Positions 1 to 8,674 of a stretch of DNA of 64,000 nucleotides are shown one piece after another (the stretch's first letter is position 1; every line of letters starts with the position of its first letter). The notes under the pieces are model-generated. The model saw only the letters and a list, made by a program, of their open reading frames with translations, did not search any database and was not told the DNA's origin. The stretch is taken from the NCBI GenBank assembly GCA_038321985.1, contig JBBQFN010000001.1, positions 96,001 through 160,000 of the forward strand. Reading direction: 5' to 3'. Source of the DNA: Cyanophyceae cyanobacterium (lineage in GTDB: Bacteria > Cyanobacteriota > Cyanobacteriia > Cyanobacteriales > Laspinemataceae). A program made the translations under genes and the position numbers.

Positions 1-709
1 CTTGAAACCCAATTTCTCGGGCAATTGTCTCATATTCCGGCAAAGAAATCACATAAGGCAAGCAATAAACCTTATAAATTTCCATTAATTGATGTCGTTC
101 GCGATCGCTTAAGGGTTCTGCCGGAGGCGCAACGGGACGATGACACCAGGTTGCCATCATCAACGCCCCTCCTGGGGCAAGTACCCGATAGCATTCTTGT
201 AAAAACTTCTTTTTATCCGGCATATGTTCGCCACTTTCCAGGGTCCAAACCAGATCAAAGGAATTATCTGCAAAGGGCAATTCTAGGGCATTTGCCACCC
301 GAAACTCGGCCCGTGGACCCGAGGTCAACTCCCCCCCTGACGGTACTGAGGATACAGAAATTCCGGCTTCTCGCGCTCGTTCCGTAGCCCGCGCTGCCTG
401 AACTGGACTTAATGTAATTCCCGTGGCGGCTGCATTAAATTTTTGTGCTAAGTATAAAGAGCTACCACCGATACCACAACCGACATCTAAAATTGTGGAA
501 ACTTTGCCCGTAAGTTCCATTGACAACTGCGCCGATGTCCAAGCCAGGAGTTCTTCAATCAAATCAATCTGTGCCTGTCGTCGATCCAAGGCGCGATCGC
601 CCCTTGGCCCATAATAACCGTGATGCATATGTTCCCCCCAAACCTGTTCCCATAATCCGGAGGAAGCATCGTAAAACTGCTGAATTTGCTCGTACAAGTT
701 GCTCGTCAT
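1..709 (-). CDS. vte4: Gamma-tocopherol methyltransferase (SAM-dependent), 3' end runs off the window
   Basis: Not in the ORF track. Manual translation from ATG at 709 gives MTSNLYEQIQQFYDASSGLWEQVWGEHMHHGYYG..., followed by a SAM motif (ILDVGCGIGGS), typical of cyanobacterial gamma-TMT. Confidence 0.88.
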   Translation of the reverse strand, partial: MTSNLYEQIQQFYDASSGLWEQVWGEHMHHGYYGPRGDRALDRRQAQIDLIEELLAWTSAQLSMELTGKVSTILDVGCGIGGSSLYLAQKFNAAATGITLSPVQAARATERAREAGISVSSVPSGGELTSGPRAEFRVANALELPFADNSFDLVWTLESGEHMPDKKKFLQECYRVLAPGGALMMATWCHRPVAPPAEPLSDRERHQLMEIYKVYCLPYVISLPEYETIAREIGFQ

Positions 710-798
710 AATGGCGGTTAAACACTCAGAAGCCGTCTGGCTAGAATAAAGCACCCCCTATTGTAAACGATAGTGAACCCATTGGAGAAATCGACCTT

Positions 799-1467
799 AT
801 GTAAGTGAAACCTTTTCCCCTTAGCGGGGATTTCTCAAAAACTAAAGTGACTTATCAGATTTTTGGGAGATATATTATTCTGATTTTTCTCTGTGTCTGT
901 GCGGCGCTTCTAATATATTTTAATGGGGTGAAGTGAGTGAAGGACACATCAGCACAGGTAGAGGCGATCCGCCTTTCCCTGGATGAAGTAGAAGAGTTAG
1001 CGTATCGCATTATCGCGATACAACGCGCAGCCCGGGCTTATATTATTTCTAGAAAACCCGATCAATTAAAAGCCTAGGAAACCTGGGATAATATCTTTTA
1101 TCAAGACTCAGAAAAATTGCCCTATTTAATTCAAAATCCGGCCCACTGAAAAACTTTAAAACAAATTATTGAACTGGGCGATCGCGTTAATGAATTTGAC
1201 CGCCGACTCATTTCTTATTTTGACCCCTATCCCTAGAAGAGCTTTTCTGAGTGGATTAGCGCCCAGTTTGCCCGTTGGCAGATACTTGATCCGCAAAACG
1301 TATCCCACGAAGTATTTCTCACCGGATTAGCCCGACAACTCGCCAAACAACTGGGTCAGACCCCACCCAGCCTCATTCTTCGGGATGAACACTTAAATTT
1401 TGACACCTTTGACCCCAGGGAACCCGACGCCTACCTACAAGCCCCGATCCAAAAACATGGATTTTAA
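799..1467 (+). pseudogene. Chimeric pseudogene: TM + CHASE3-like sensor N-terminus fused in frame to an NrtA/CmpA/CynA-like substrate-binding C-terminus
   Basis: One frame from ATG 799 (GGAGA upstream) to TAA 1467, with 5 internal stops (802, 934, 1075, 1147, 1234). Reads ...YIILIFLCVCAALLIYF...IQRAARAYIIS...FDPYP*KSFSEWISAQFARW...FLTGLARQLAKQLGQTPP...FDPREPDAYL. Confidence 0.6.
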
Positions 1468-1662
1468 ATCGGGTTGGGAAAAATACTCCGGATCTACCGA
1501 TTTAGATTAATAATAGGGAAGCCCCAGGGAATGGCATTCGTGGGGTCATTGTGACGTGGGTTCAAAATAGGCCAGAGAAAAAAATAGTCGTAGCCTCCCT
1601 CCAACTTGAGATCAGATCGACACTTACCCCTAAAATCAAAACAATCTAACCTCAAAAATATC

Positions 1663-2997
1663 ATGACTGTTGCTAGAACGATTTGTCTGGGCTTTCTAGT
1701 GATGATTGCGATCGGCACATTCCTGCTGTTGCTGCCTGTCTCCACCAGTAACGGGACCTGGAACAATTTCGTCACTGCTTTGTTTACCGCCACCTCCGCT
1801 ATCTGCGTCACGGGCTTAATCGTTGTCGATACCGGCACCCATTATTCGGGACTGGGCGAGTTTTTCATTATCTTGTTGATCCAGCTGGGGGGGCTCGGTT
1901 ACATGACAGCCACCACCTTTCTGCTGCTAATCCTGGGACGGCGTCTGGGATTGCGAGACCGAGTAGCGATTCAACAATCCTTAGATACCGCAGAGATGTC
2001 CGGGGTTGTCCCTTTAGTGCAATCTATTATTGCCATGACCTTAGTCTTTGAACTGACCGGGGTATTTGTACTCTTGTTAATCTTCCTCCCAGACTACAGC
2101 TTTAAAGAGAGTCTATGGCTTTCAATTTTTCATAGCGTTAGCGCCTTTAACAATGCTGGCTTTAGTTTGTTTGTGGATAATTTAATGGGCTATGCCGGCT
2201 CAATTCCCATGAATTTAATTATCACCTTCTTGGTGATTTTTGGGGGAATTGGCTATCAAGTCATCATGGAGATGTATATATGGGCGCGCGATCGCATTTC
2301 CAAAAATCCCGAACGGGTCGTATTTTCCCTTCATTTTAAAATCGTCACCAGTACAACTCTATTTTTGCTAATTTTGGGGACAATCGCCTTTTTCTTTACC
2401 GAATCTCTCAATCCCGAAACCCTTGAAAATGTGGGCTTCCTGGAACAGTTGCTTAGTGCCTGGTTTCAGTCAGTCATCAGTCGTACCGCCGGATTTAACA
2501 CCATCGATATTGGTAAAATGACCACAGCGGGCCTATTTATTATGATTGCCCTCATGTTTATCGGGGCCTCTCCAGGCAGTACCGGAGGCGGCATCAAAAC
2601 CACCACGGTCCGTATCTTGACCAGCTGCACCCGTTCCGTACTTCAGGGACGTGACCAGGTTCTTTGCTTCCAACGCCAAATTCCCGGAGAACTGATTTTA
2701 AAAGCCGTTGCCGTCGTCCTCAGTTCCCTCGGTGTGGTTGTTGTCGCCACCATTTTGCTGGCGATCACTGACCCCAAAATGGAGTTTATCCAGCTTCTTT
2801 TTGAAGTCGTCTCCGCCTTTGGCACTGTGGGTTTATCCATGGGAATCAGCGCAAATCTCTCCACCCTCGGCCAACTGGTTGTGGTCATTACCATGTATGT
2901 AGGGAGGGTTGGAATGGTGATGCTGATGAGTGCTATCATAGGAGATCCCAAACCGATGAACATCCGCTATCCCGAAGAAAACCTGTTAATAGGATAA
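1663..2997 (+). CDS. ktrB: Trk/Ktr K+ uptake membrane subunit
   Basis: TATSAICVTGL, SAFNNAGFSL, RTAGFNT, GSTGGGIKTTT and SAFGTVGLS pore motifs. ATG 1663 preferred over the TTG at 1606. Confidence 0.93.
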   Translation: MTVARTICLGFLVMIAIGTFLLLLPVSTSNGTWNNFVTALFTATSAICVTGLIVVDTGTHYSGLGEFFIILLIQLGGLGYMTATTFLLLILGRRLGLRDRVAIQQSLDTAEMSGVVPLVQSIIAMTLVFELTGVFVLLLIFLPDYSFKESLWLSIFHSVSAFNNAGFSLFVDNLMGYAGSIPMNLIITFLVIFGGIGYQVIMEMYIWARDRISKNPERVVFSLHFKIVTSTTLFLLILGTIAFFFTESLNPETLENVGFLEQLLSAWFQSVISRTAGFNTIDIGKMTTAGLFIMIALMFIGASPGSTGGGIKTTTVRILTSCTRSVLQGRDQVLCFQRQIPGELILKAVAVVLSSLGVVVVATILLAITDPKMEFIQLLFEVVSAFGTVGLSMGISANLSTLGQLVVVITMYVGRVGMVMLMSAIIGDPKPMNIRYPEENLLIG

Positions 2998-3109
2998 GGA
3001 ATAAGGAGGGGGGAGGAGGGGGGAGGATGGGAAGACGGAAGAGAGTTGATGTTTGCGCCTTAATTCTTGATTCTTCATCCTTGCTTAAATCTAAATCTCT
3101 CCAGAAAGT

Positions 3110-3118
3110 TGGTACTAT
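3110..3118 (+). promoter_or_regulatory. Candidate extended -10 promoter for ktrA
   Basis: TGGTACTAT matches TGnTAnnnT, about 155 nt upstream of the ktrA start. Confidence 0.3.
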
Positions 3119-3273
3119 AAAAAAAGCAAATTATGCTCTTGTCGTCAAAACCTCTCAGCTAAGGGGCTGCAATGAATTTCCAACTTTGGAATTCACCAAG
3201 CAGTTGGCGGCAGCAAGGAGATGGCACTCCCCGTGACATCTGAATCCATTGATTCCAAGTAAAGGTATCTGGT

Positions 3274-3969
3274 GTGAATCTATCCTCTCTGAATTTCTTT
3301 CGCAATCTGCGTTCTGAGAATAAGCAATTTGCCGTGATCGGGTTAGGGCGGTTCGGTCGCGCCGTCTGTGATACCTTACATGGATTGGGGTATGAAGTGC
3401 TCGCCATTGACGTAGACGAAAAAAAAGTAACCGAAGTAATCAGCGAACAAATTGCCGCACACGCATTGCAACTGGACACCACTGAACCTGCCGCCATTGA
3501 ACAGGCAGGAATGAAAGATTTCGATACAGTGATTGTGGCGATCGGTAATTTCTTAGCCCAGAGTGTCATTACAACACTCAACCTCAAAGAAGCTGGAGTA
3601 AAGCACGTCGTTGCTAAGGCTTCTTCTGAAATTCATATGAAACTGCTTAAAAAAGTGGGGGCTGATCATGTCGTGTTTCCCGAACGGGAGATGGGTTGTG
3701 CATTGGCACGCACAATTACGACTCCAAGTATCCTCGATCGCTTTGAACTGGACCCAGAACATAGCATCGTAGAAACCATCGTACCCCCCAACTTTCACGG
3801 CAAAACCATTGCTGAGCTCGAACTTCGCAATCGCTACGGTTTAAACATTTTAGCCGTCAGCCAAGATGAAAAATTTGAGATCAATCCCCCCGCAAACCGA
3901 CGACTGCTAGGGGGAACAGTAATGGTAGTGATTGGCTCAAATAAGGCGATTGAGCGGTTGAGGCCATGA
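3274..3969 (+). CDS. ktrA: TrkA/KtrA regulatory subunit (RCK N and C domains)
   Basis: FAVIGLGRFG Rossmann motif and VVFPEREMG; adjacent to ktrB. Confidence 0.93.
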   Translation: MNLSSLNFFRNLRSENKQFAVIGLGRFGRAVCDTLHGLGYEVLAIDVDEKKVTEVISEQIAAHALQLDTTEPAAIEQAGMKDFDTVIVAIGNFLAQSVITTLNLKEAGVKHVVAKASSEIHMKLLKKVGADHVVFPEREMGCALARTITTPSILDRFELDPEHSIVETIVPPNFHGKTIAELELRNRYGLNILAVSQDEKFEINPPANRRLLGGTVMVVIGSNKAIERLRP

Positions 3970-4031
3970 TCCAAGCGAAACTGCGAGGAAGGGGTAGTAG
4001 ATTCGGGGTCTAGAACCTCAAAGCAACCCTT

Positions 4032-4059
4032 GTAGAGACGCGAAATTTCACGTCTCTAT
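4032..4059. repeat. REP-like palindrome (GTAG-initiated)
   Basis: gtagagacg-cgaaatttca-cgtctctat hairpin downstream of ktrA. Confidence 0.6.
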
Positions 4060-4140
4060 CAGGAGTTAGGAATATTCCAGGCTTAGAGTTGAGAAACTAA
4101 AATATACTTAGACCTGAGTAGTTATCAAAAAATTATCATT

Positions 4141-4734
4141 ATGTTAGGTAAATTTTTTAAAAAACCCTCTGCCGAACTTGGCGATCGCGTTCCTCCCGGA
4201 CAACATCTCGCTACAGGTTTTCCCGTCCTCACCTATGGCGATACCCCGAAAATTTCCCGCGATCGCTATTCTGTGAAAGTGTGGGGTTTAGTGGAATCCA
4301 AAACCTTTACCTGGGATGACCTGATGGCAATGCCCCAACAGGAGTTTACCGCCGATTTCCATTGTGTCACCCGCTGGTCTAAACTCGATGTCAAGTGGAC
4401 CGGAATCAAAGTCCTAGATTTCATGAAACATCTAGCGGTTGATCCTAAAGCTACTTGCATCATGGAACATTGCTATGGAGACTATACCACCAACATTTCC
4501 CTAGAGGATTTTCTCCGGGAAGAAAACTTTTTCGCCCATACCCTATTTGGCGAACCCCTCAGTGCCGAACATGGAGGCCCCCTGCGTCTCGTCGTACCTC
4601 ACCTTTACGCGTGGAAAAGTGCCAAATGGATTAATGGTTTAGAATTTTTAGAAGAAGAAGCATCAGGATTTTGGGAACGCAACGGTTACCATCGCCGAGG
4701 AGAACCTTGGGCGGAAGAACGCTATAGTTACTAA
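4141..4734 (+). CDS. Sulfite oxidase-like molybdopterin-binding oxidoreductase
   Basis: RVPPGQ, DFHCVTRWS, HGGPLRLVVPHLYAWKSAKW and GFWERNGYH motifs. Confidence 0.9.
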   Translation: MLGKFFKKPSAELGDRVPPGQHLATGFPVLTYGDTPKISRDRYSVKVWGLVESKTFTWDDLMAMPQQEFTADFHCVTRWSKLDVKWTGIKVLDFMKHLAVDPKATCIMEHCYGDYTTNISLEDFLREENFFAHTLFGEPLSAEHGGPLRLVVPHLYAWKSAKWINGLEFLEEEASGFWERNGYHRRGEPWAEERYSY

Positions 4735-4810
4735 GTTTGGTGTCACGACTTTAAAGGAACTTGTAAACGACTGAAGTCGTGACCCCAAACAGTAAGAAAC
4801 GACTTCAGCT
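4735..4810. repeat. REP-like inverted repeat pair (ACGACTKMAGTCGT family) between convergent genes
   Basis: gtttggtgtcacgactt (4735-4751) pairs with aagtcgtgaccccaaac (4774-4790) at 16/17. Same core as the 28758-28939 repeats. Confidence 0.7.
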
Positions 4811-4850
4811 ATTTCGGATGTTTGCTCTTGGTGCAAATTGTTAGATTTTC

Positions 4851-6230
4851 CTACCCCCCAATCAAACGTTTAATGAAATCTAACTTATTTTTATAAGGCG
4901 GGTAGCGAAAATCTATATCAAAGCGGAAAGATTTTTCTAACACACTTTTCTGGTGAGAAAAAGTATCAAAGGTTGCTTTGCCGTGATAACAACCTGTGCC
5001 ACTGGTTCCCACCCCACCAAAGGGTAATTCAGAAACTCCGATATGCAGGATAGTATCGTTGAAACAAACCCCACCGGAAGAGGTTTCTTTAAGGACTCGT
5101 TGCTGTTTTTGTTTATCTTTAGAGAAGAGATAAAGGGCGAGGGGTTTGGGTCGTTGGTTGACCACTGCGATCGCCTCCTCTAATTTATCGTATTCGACAA
5201 CGGGCAAAATTGGCCCAAAGATTTCCTCTTGCATAATTGGAGAATTGAGGGACACACCATCGAGAAGGGTTGGCGCAATATAGCGATCGCCTGGATCAGT
5301 TTGGCCCCCTACAATAATTTCTCCCTCCTGGAGTAAATCCCGCAGGCGATCGAATTGTTTGTCACTAATAATCCGGGCATAGTCGGGATTATTCTGGGGA
5401 TTTTTACCATAAAATTCGGTGATGGTGCGCTCAATACCCGCTAATAAATCCGGTTTAATTCTGCGATTGACCAATAAATAATCGGGCGCAATACAGGTTT
5501 GACCGGCATTAATGAATTTACCCCAAACAATCCGCTTGCAAGCCGTAGGCAAGTCAATATCAGACTCGACAATACAAGGACTTTTACCGCCTAGTTCCAG
5601 GGTAACGGGTGTGAGATGTTTCGCCGCAGCTTCCATGACAATTTTCCCAATTTGGGTACTGCCTGTAAAAAAGATATGGTCAAATTTCTGGGCTAATAAA
5701 TCTTGGGAAACTTCCACCCCACCTTCGAGGAGGGCAATATAACTCGGGTCAAAGGTTTTACGGATTAAATCGGCTAACAATGCCGAGGTATGAAGAGAAA
5801 TTTCTGAGGGTTTGAGGATGACACAGTTACCGGCTGCGATCGCGCCAATTAAGGGGGAAATTGTTAGTTGAAAAGGGTAATTCCAAGGGCTGACAATTAA
5901 TACCACGCCTAACGGATCGGAATAAATTCGCGCCGCACTTGGGAATTGGTCCAGGGGACGGGCGACGGTTTTAGGTTTGACCCAAGATTTGATATGTTTG
6001 AGAGCATAATCGATTTCTTTCTTAACCCCAATTTCCAATAAGTACGCTTCAAGTTCGGGTTTTTTGAGGTCTTTGTAAAGAGCTTCTGCAACCCGTTCTT
6101 TGTTATCAATAACGGCTTGTTTTAGTCGTTGTAGTTGTTCGATGCGAAAGCCAATATCTTTGGTTTTACCTGTGGCAAAGAATTGGCGCTGGGCCTCCAT
6201 CAGGTCACTAATGCGGGATGTGGTAAGCAT
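4851..6230 (-). CDS. Aldehyde dehydrogenase (ALDH3-like)
   Basis: PWNYP, FFTGS, LELGGKSP, NAGQTCIAPDY, EEIFGP and PFGGVG motifs. Confidence 0.95.
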   Translation of the reverse strand: MLTTSRISDLMEAQRQFFATGKTKDIGFRIEQLQRLKQAVIDNKERVAEALYKDLKKPELEAYLLEIGVKKEIDYALKHIKSWVKPKTVARPLDQFPSAARIYSDPLGVVLIVSPWNYPFQLTISPLIGAIAAGNCVILKPSEISLHTSALLADLIRKTFDPSYIALLEGGVEVSQDLLAQKFDHIFFTGSTQIGKIVMEAAAKHLTPVTLELGGKSPCIVESDIDLPTACKRIVWGKFINAGQTCIAPDYLLVNRRIKPDLLAGIERTITEFYGKNPQNNPDYARIISDKQFDRLRDLLQEGEIIVGGQTDPGDRYIAPTLLDGVSLNSPIMQEEIFGPILPVVEYDKLEEAIAVVNQRPKPLALYLFSKDKQKQQRVLKETSSGGVCFNDTILHIGVSELPFGGVGTSGTGCYHGKATFDTFSHQKSVLEKSFRFDIDFRYPPYKNKLDFIKRLIGG

Positions 6231-6393
6231 GAACGGTATCCTTATTTAATGGTAGAGGTGAACCCAGGGCGATCGCCCCACTTCTATTGTAGAGACTGTT
6301 CCCAAATTCCATCCCCTCGGAGCAAAATTCGGTTATGAAATCAACTCTAGGGACAGACTCCCCTATCTTTGCCTAGTACCTGCCTGGGGAGAG

Positions 6394-7746
6394 TTACAAG
6401 GCAGTTTTTGCGAGAGAAGGAGGCGGCGCAGGGGAAGCCGAAAAAGGCTCTAGCCGTTGCTGGGACTGCTGAATCGCATACTCTAAAGCAGTCTGATAAA
6501 TGGTCATTTTTTGGGCAACTAAGGGATGTTTACTGTGAGTTTTAGGGACGGTTTGCAAGAGGGCGATCGCCTCTTGCCACTGAGAGGCGATCGCATTCCA
6601 GTCATAGAGAGAAAATGCCGAGGCGGTGAGTTGGGTTGCACTTTCGGCAGTGGCGATCGCGCGATCAAAGGGGTCAGTTTCCTGGACTTGTTGCTGTGCG
6701 TAAGCGAGATTGAGCTTAGATTCCGTCAGCATTTGTTGAGCAACGGCACTTTTAGGGTGGCTGGGAGGCATACTTTCCAGGTGTGCGACGGCCTCTTGCC
6801 ACTCTCGCGTCACTTCTTCCCATTCTACCATTGAACTGGCCGTTTTTTCCAGCTTTCTAGCTTGTTCGGCTTTGGCAAAAGCCCGGTTATACGGGTCGAT
6901 CCGTGCGATTTGCTGGTGGGTAGAGGTGAGATAATTTTCATAGCGATTAATTTGGGAGGCCGCTAAGGTCGCCTTTTCATCCTCGGGGGAAATGCTTTCT
7001 AAGATCGCGATCGCCTGTTTCCATAATAAGGCTATTCCCTCCCAATCTTCCATCGTTGAGGCGGTTTGAGCAAGTTGGGCCGCTTCCTCTGCTTTAGCAA
7101 TTCCGTCATAAAAGGGGTGGAATTGAGAGAGTTGTTGTTCAGAAAAAGTGAGATTTCTCTCATATTCGGTCAGTTTTTGCTGAACCAGGGGATACTTAGG
7201 ATAAGTTGTGGGGATTGCCTTTAAGTGGGCGATGGCCTCCTGCCAGCCCTGCACCCCTTCCTCCCATTCCCGTTTAGTAGCGGCAACTCGGGTGAGTTGA
7301 GAGGCCCGAGACCCTTTGTTGAAGGCCGGTTTCAACGGGTCTAATCGAGCAAATTGCTGGCGAGCATAAGTGAGATTTTTTTGATATTCTTGAATTTTTT
7401 GTGAGGCCAAATTTCCCGGGTCATGTTCCCTAGGCACCGTTTCCAACTGGGCGACTGCTTCTTGCCAATTCTGGGCCACAGTCTGCCACTCTTCCCATGT
7501 AGAAGCGGTTTGGGTTAAATTAGCCGCTGCGCTTGCTTTAGCCACTGCTTCAGAAATGGGGTCGAGATTCTCCCCGGCAGAGTTTGAAATCGGGTCCCCC
7601 GTCGATCCGTTGAGGGCAGTGACGAGGATGTTGTGAGAACATCCGACCACCATTAGGGACAGAAGGGCGATCGTTATCTTGGGGAAGGAGACCCGCAGGC
7701 AGCCAGGGGACAGGCAAGTGAACCGGGACAGATTTCGCAGTTGCAT
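6394..7746 (-). CDS. Putative lipoprotein with five ~74-aa helical repeats
   Basis: Hydrophobic stretch ending VVGC (lipobox-like) and repeated DP...A...W..VA..WQEA.A.L..P...Y..QQ units. Start uncertain (ATG 7746, or 7782 as in the track). Confidence 0.7.
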   Translation of the reverse strand: MQLRNLSRFTCLSPGCLRVSFPKITIALLSLMVVGCSHNILVTALNGSTGDPISNSAGENLDPISEAVAKASAAANLTQTASTWEEWQTVAQNWQEAVAQLETVPREHDPGNLASQKIQEYQKNLTYARQQFARLDPLKPAFNKGSRASQLTRVAATKREWEEGVQGWQEAIAHLKAIPTTYPKYPLVQQKLTEYERNLTFSEQQLSQFHPFYDGIAKAEEAAQLAQTASTMEDWEGIALLWKQAIAILESISPEDEKATLAASQINRYENYLTSTHQQIARIDPYNRAFAKAEQARKLEKTASSMVEWEEVTREWQEAVAHLESMPPSHPKSAVAQQMLTESKLNLAYAQQQVQETDPFDRAIATAESATQLTASAFSLYDWNAIASQWQEAIALLQTVPKTHSKHPLVAQKMTIYQTALEYAIQQSQQRLEPFSASPAPPPSLAKTAL

Positions 7747-7988
7747 AACCTGAATGGAGATAGAGACTCGGGGATGATCCACAGAGGCAATTCATGCCCT
7801 TTCTATGGGTTATACCGCGATCATAAGGCAATTAGACCACTCCTAAAGATTTTTATTCCTTGGGACATATAATTACCTGAGCTTCCCCTCTTATATGTTC
7901 ACCGCTGCGACGATTACATCTATCTACAGACGGAAATCCTTAAACTCTCTTCCCCTATCTGCTGAAACCTCATTGAGGAGGACATTTC

Positions 7989-8573
7989 TCAAGCGGCGAT
8001 CGCTGGAAATACTCGATTCAGGTCCAGGATTAATTCCTCAAACCCGGGAATAGAAACCGTTTCATTCGGTAGCTTGACTTGTTTTTGCCGATAGTCAAAG
8101 GTTCCGCTTAATTTTTGATAAGGCGTCGTATAAATTTCCAGTTGCTTTTCTAATAAATTGACAATCCAATAGTCTGAAATTCCCGCTTCAGCATACAAGG
8201 GCAATTTCACCTGACGATCGTAGTCCAAGGAAGAATCGGCAATCTCAATCACCAGCAAAATATCCTCCGGCAGGGGATGATGGGAGAGGTAGTTATCCTC
8301 ACGGTTTTGGACAATTGTAAAATCCGGTTCCGGTTCGCTATGAAGAGGCAGGGTAATTGGGTCCTGACAGCGGATCGTGGCACCATCTTCCAGTAACTTA
8401 AAAAGTTCCCGAATTAAAAGACTACAACAAACAGCATGAGGTTTTCCTTTCGAGACCATCTGGATTGCTTCTCCTTGGATTAATTCAGTGTGATCGCCGG
8501 ACTGGAAAAATCCCAGTTCGATGAGACGGTGATACTCTTCTATGGTAAAGCGTTTGGCTGTAGCTAGGGTCAT
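7989..8573 (-). CDS. Uma2 family (DUF820) putative endonuclease
   Basis: FTIEEYHRL, SEPEPD and LVIEIADSSLDYDRQVKLPLYAEAGISDYWIVNL motifs. Confidence 0.92.
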   Translation of the reverse strand: MTLATAKRFTIEEYHRLIELGFFQSGDHTELIQGEAIQMVSKGKPHAVCCSLLIRELFKLLEDGATIRCQDPITLPLHSEPEPDFTIVQNREDNYLSHHPLPEDILLVIEIADSSLDYDRQVKLPLYAEAGISDYWIVNLLEKQLEIYTTPYQKLSGTFDYRQKQVKLPNETVSIPGFEELILDLNRVFPAIAA

Positions 8574-8674
8574 GGGAGTGAGGGGGTTGACGACTGTCTC
8601 AATTCTACCCTAACATTTCTTGAGTTCAAATTCTTCCGCTACAATTAAACCAGTCAAATAAATAGCCTAAATTT

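Noticed and set aside
25..711. Plus-strand ORFs listed in the track
   Set aside because: Shadows of the minus-strand tocopherol methyltransferase gene.
799..1467. Stop-codon recoding to explain five in-frame stops
   Set aside because: All three stop types occur, and neighbouring genes use them as normal terminators; decay is simpler.
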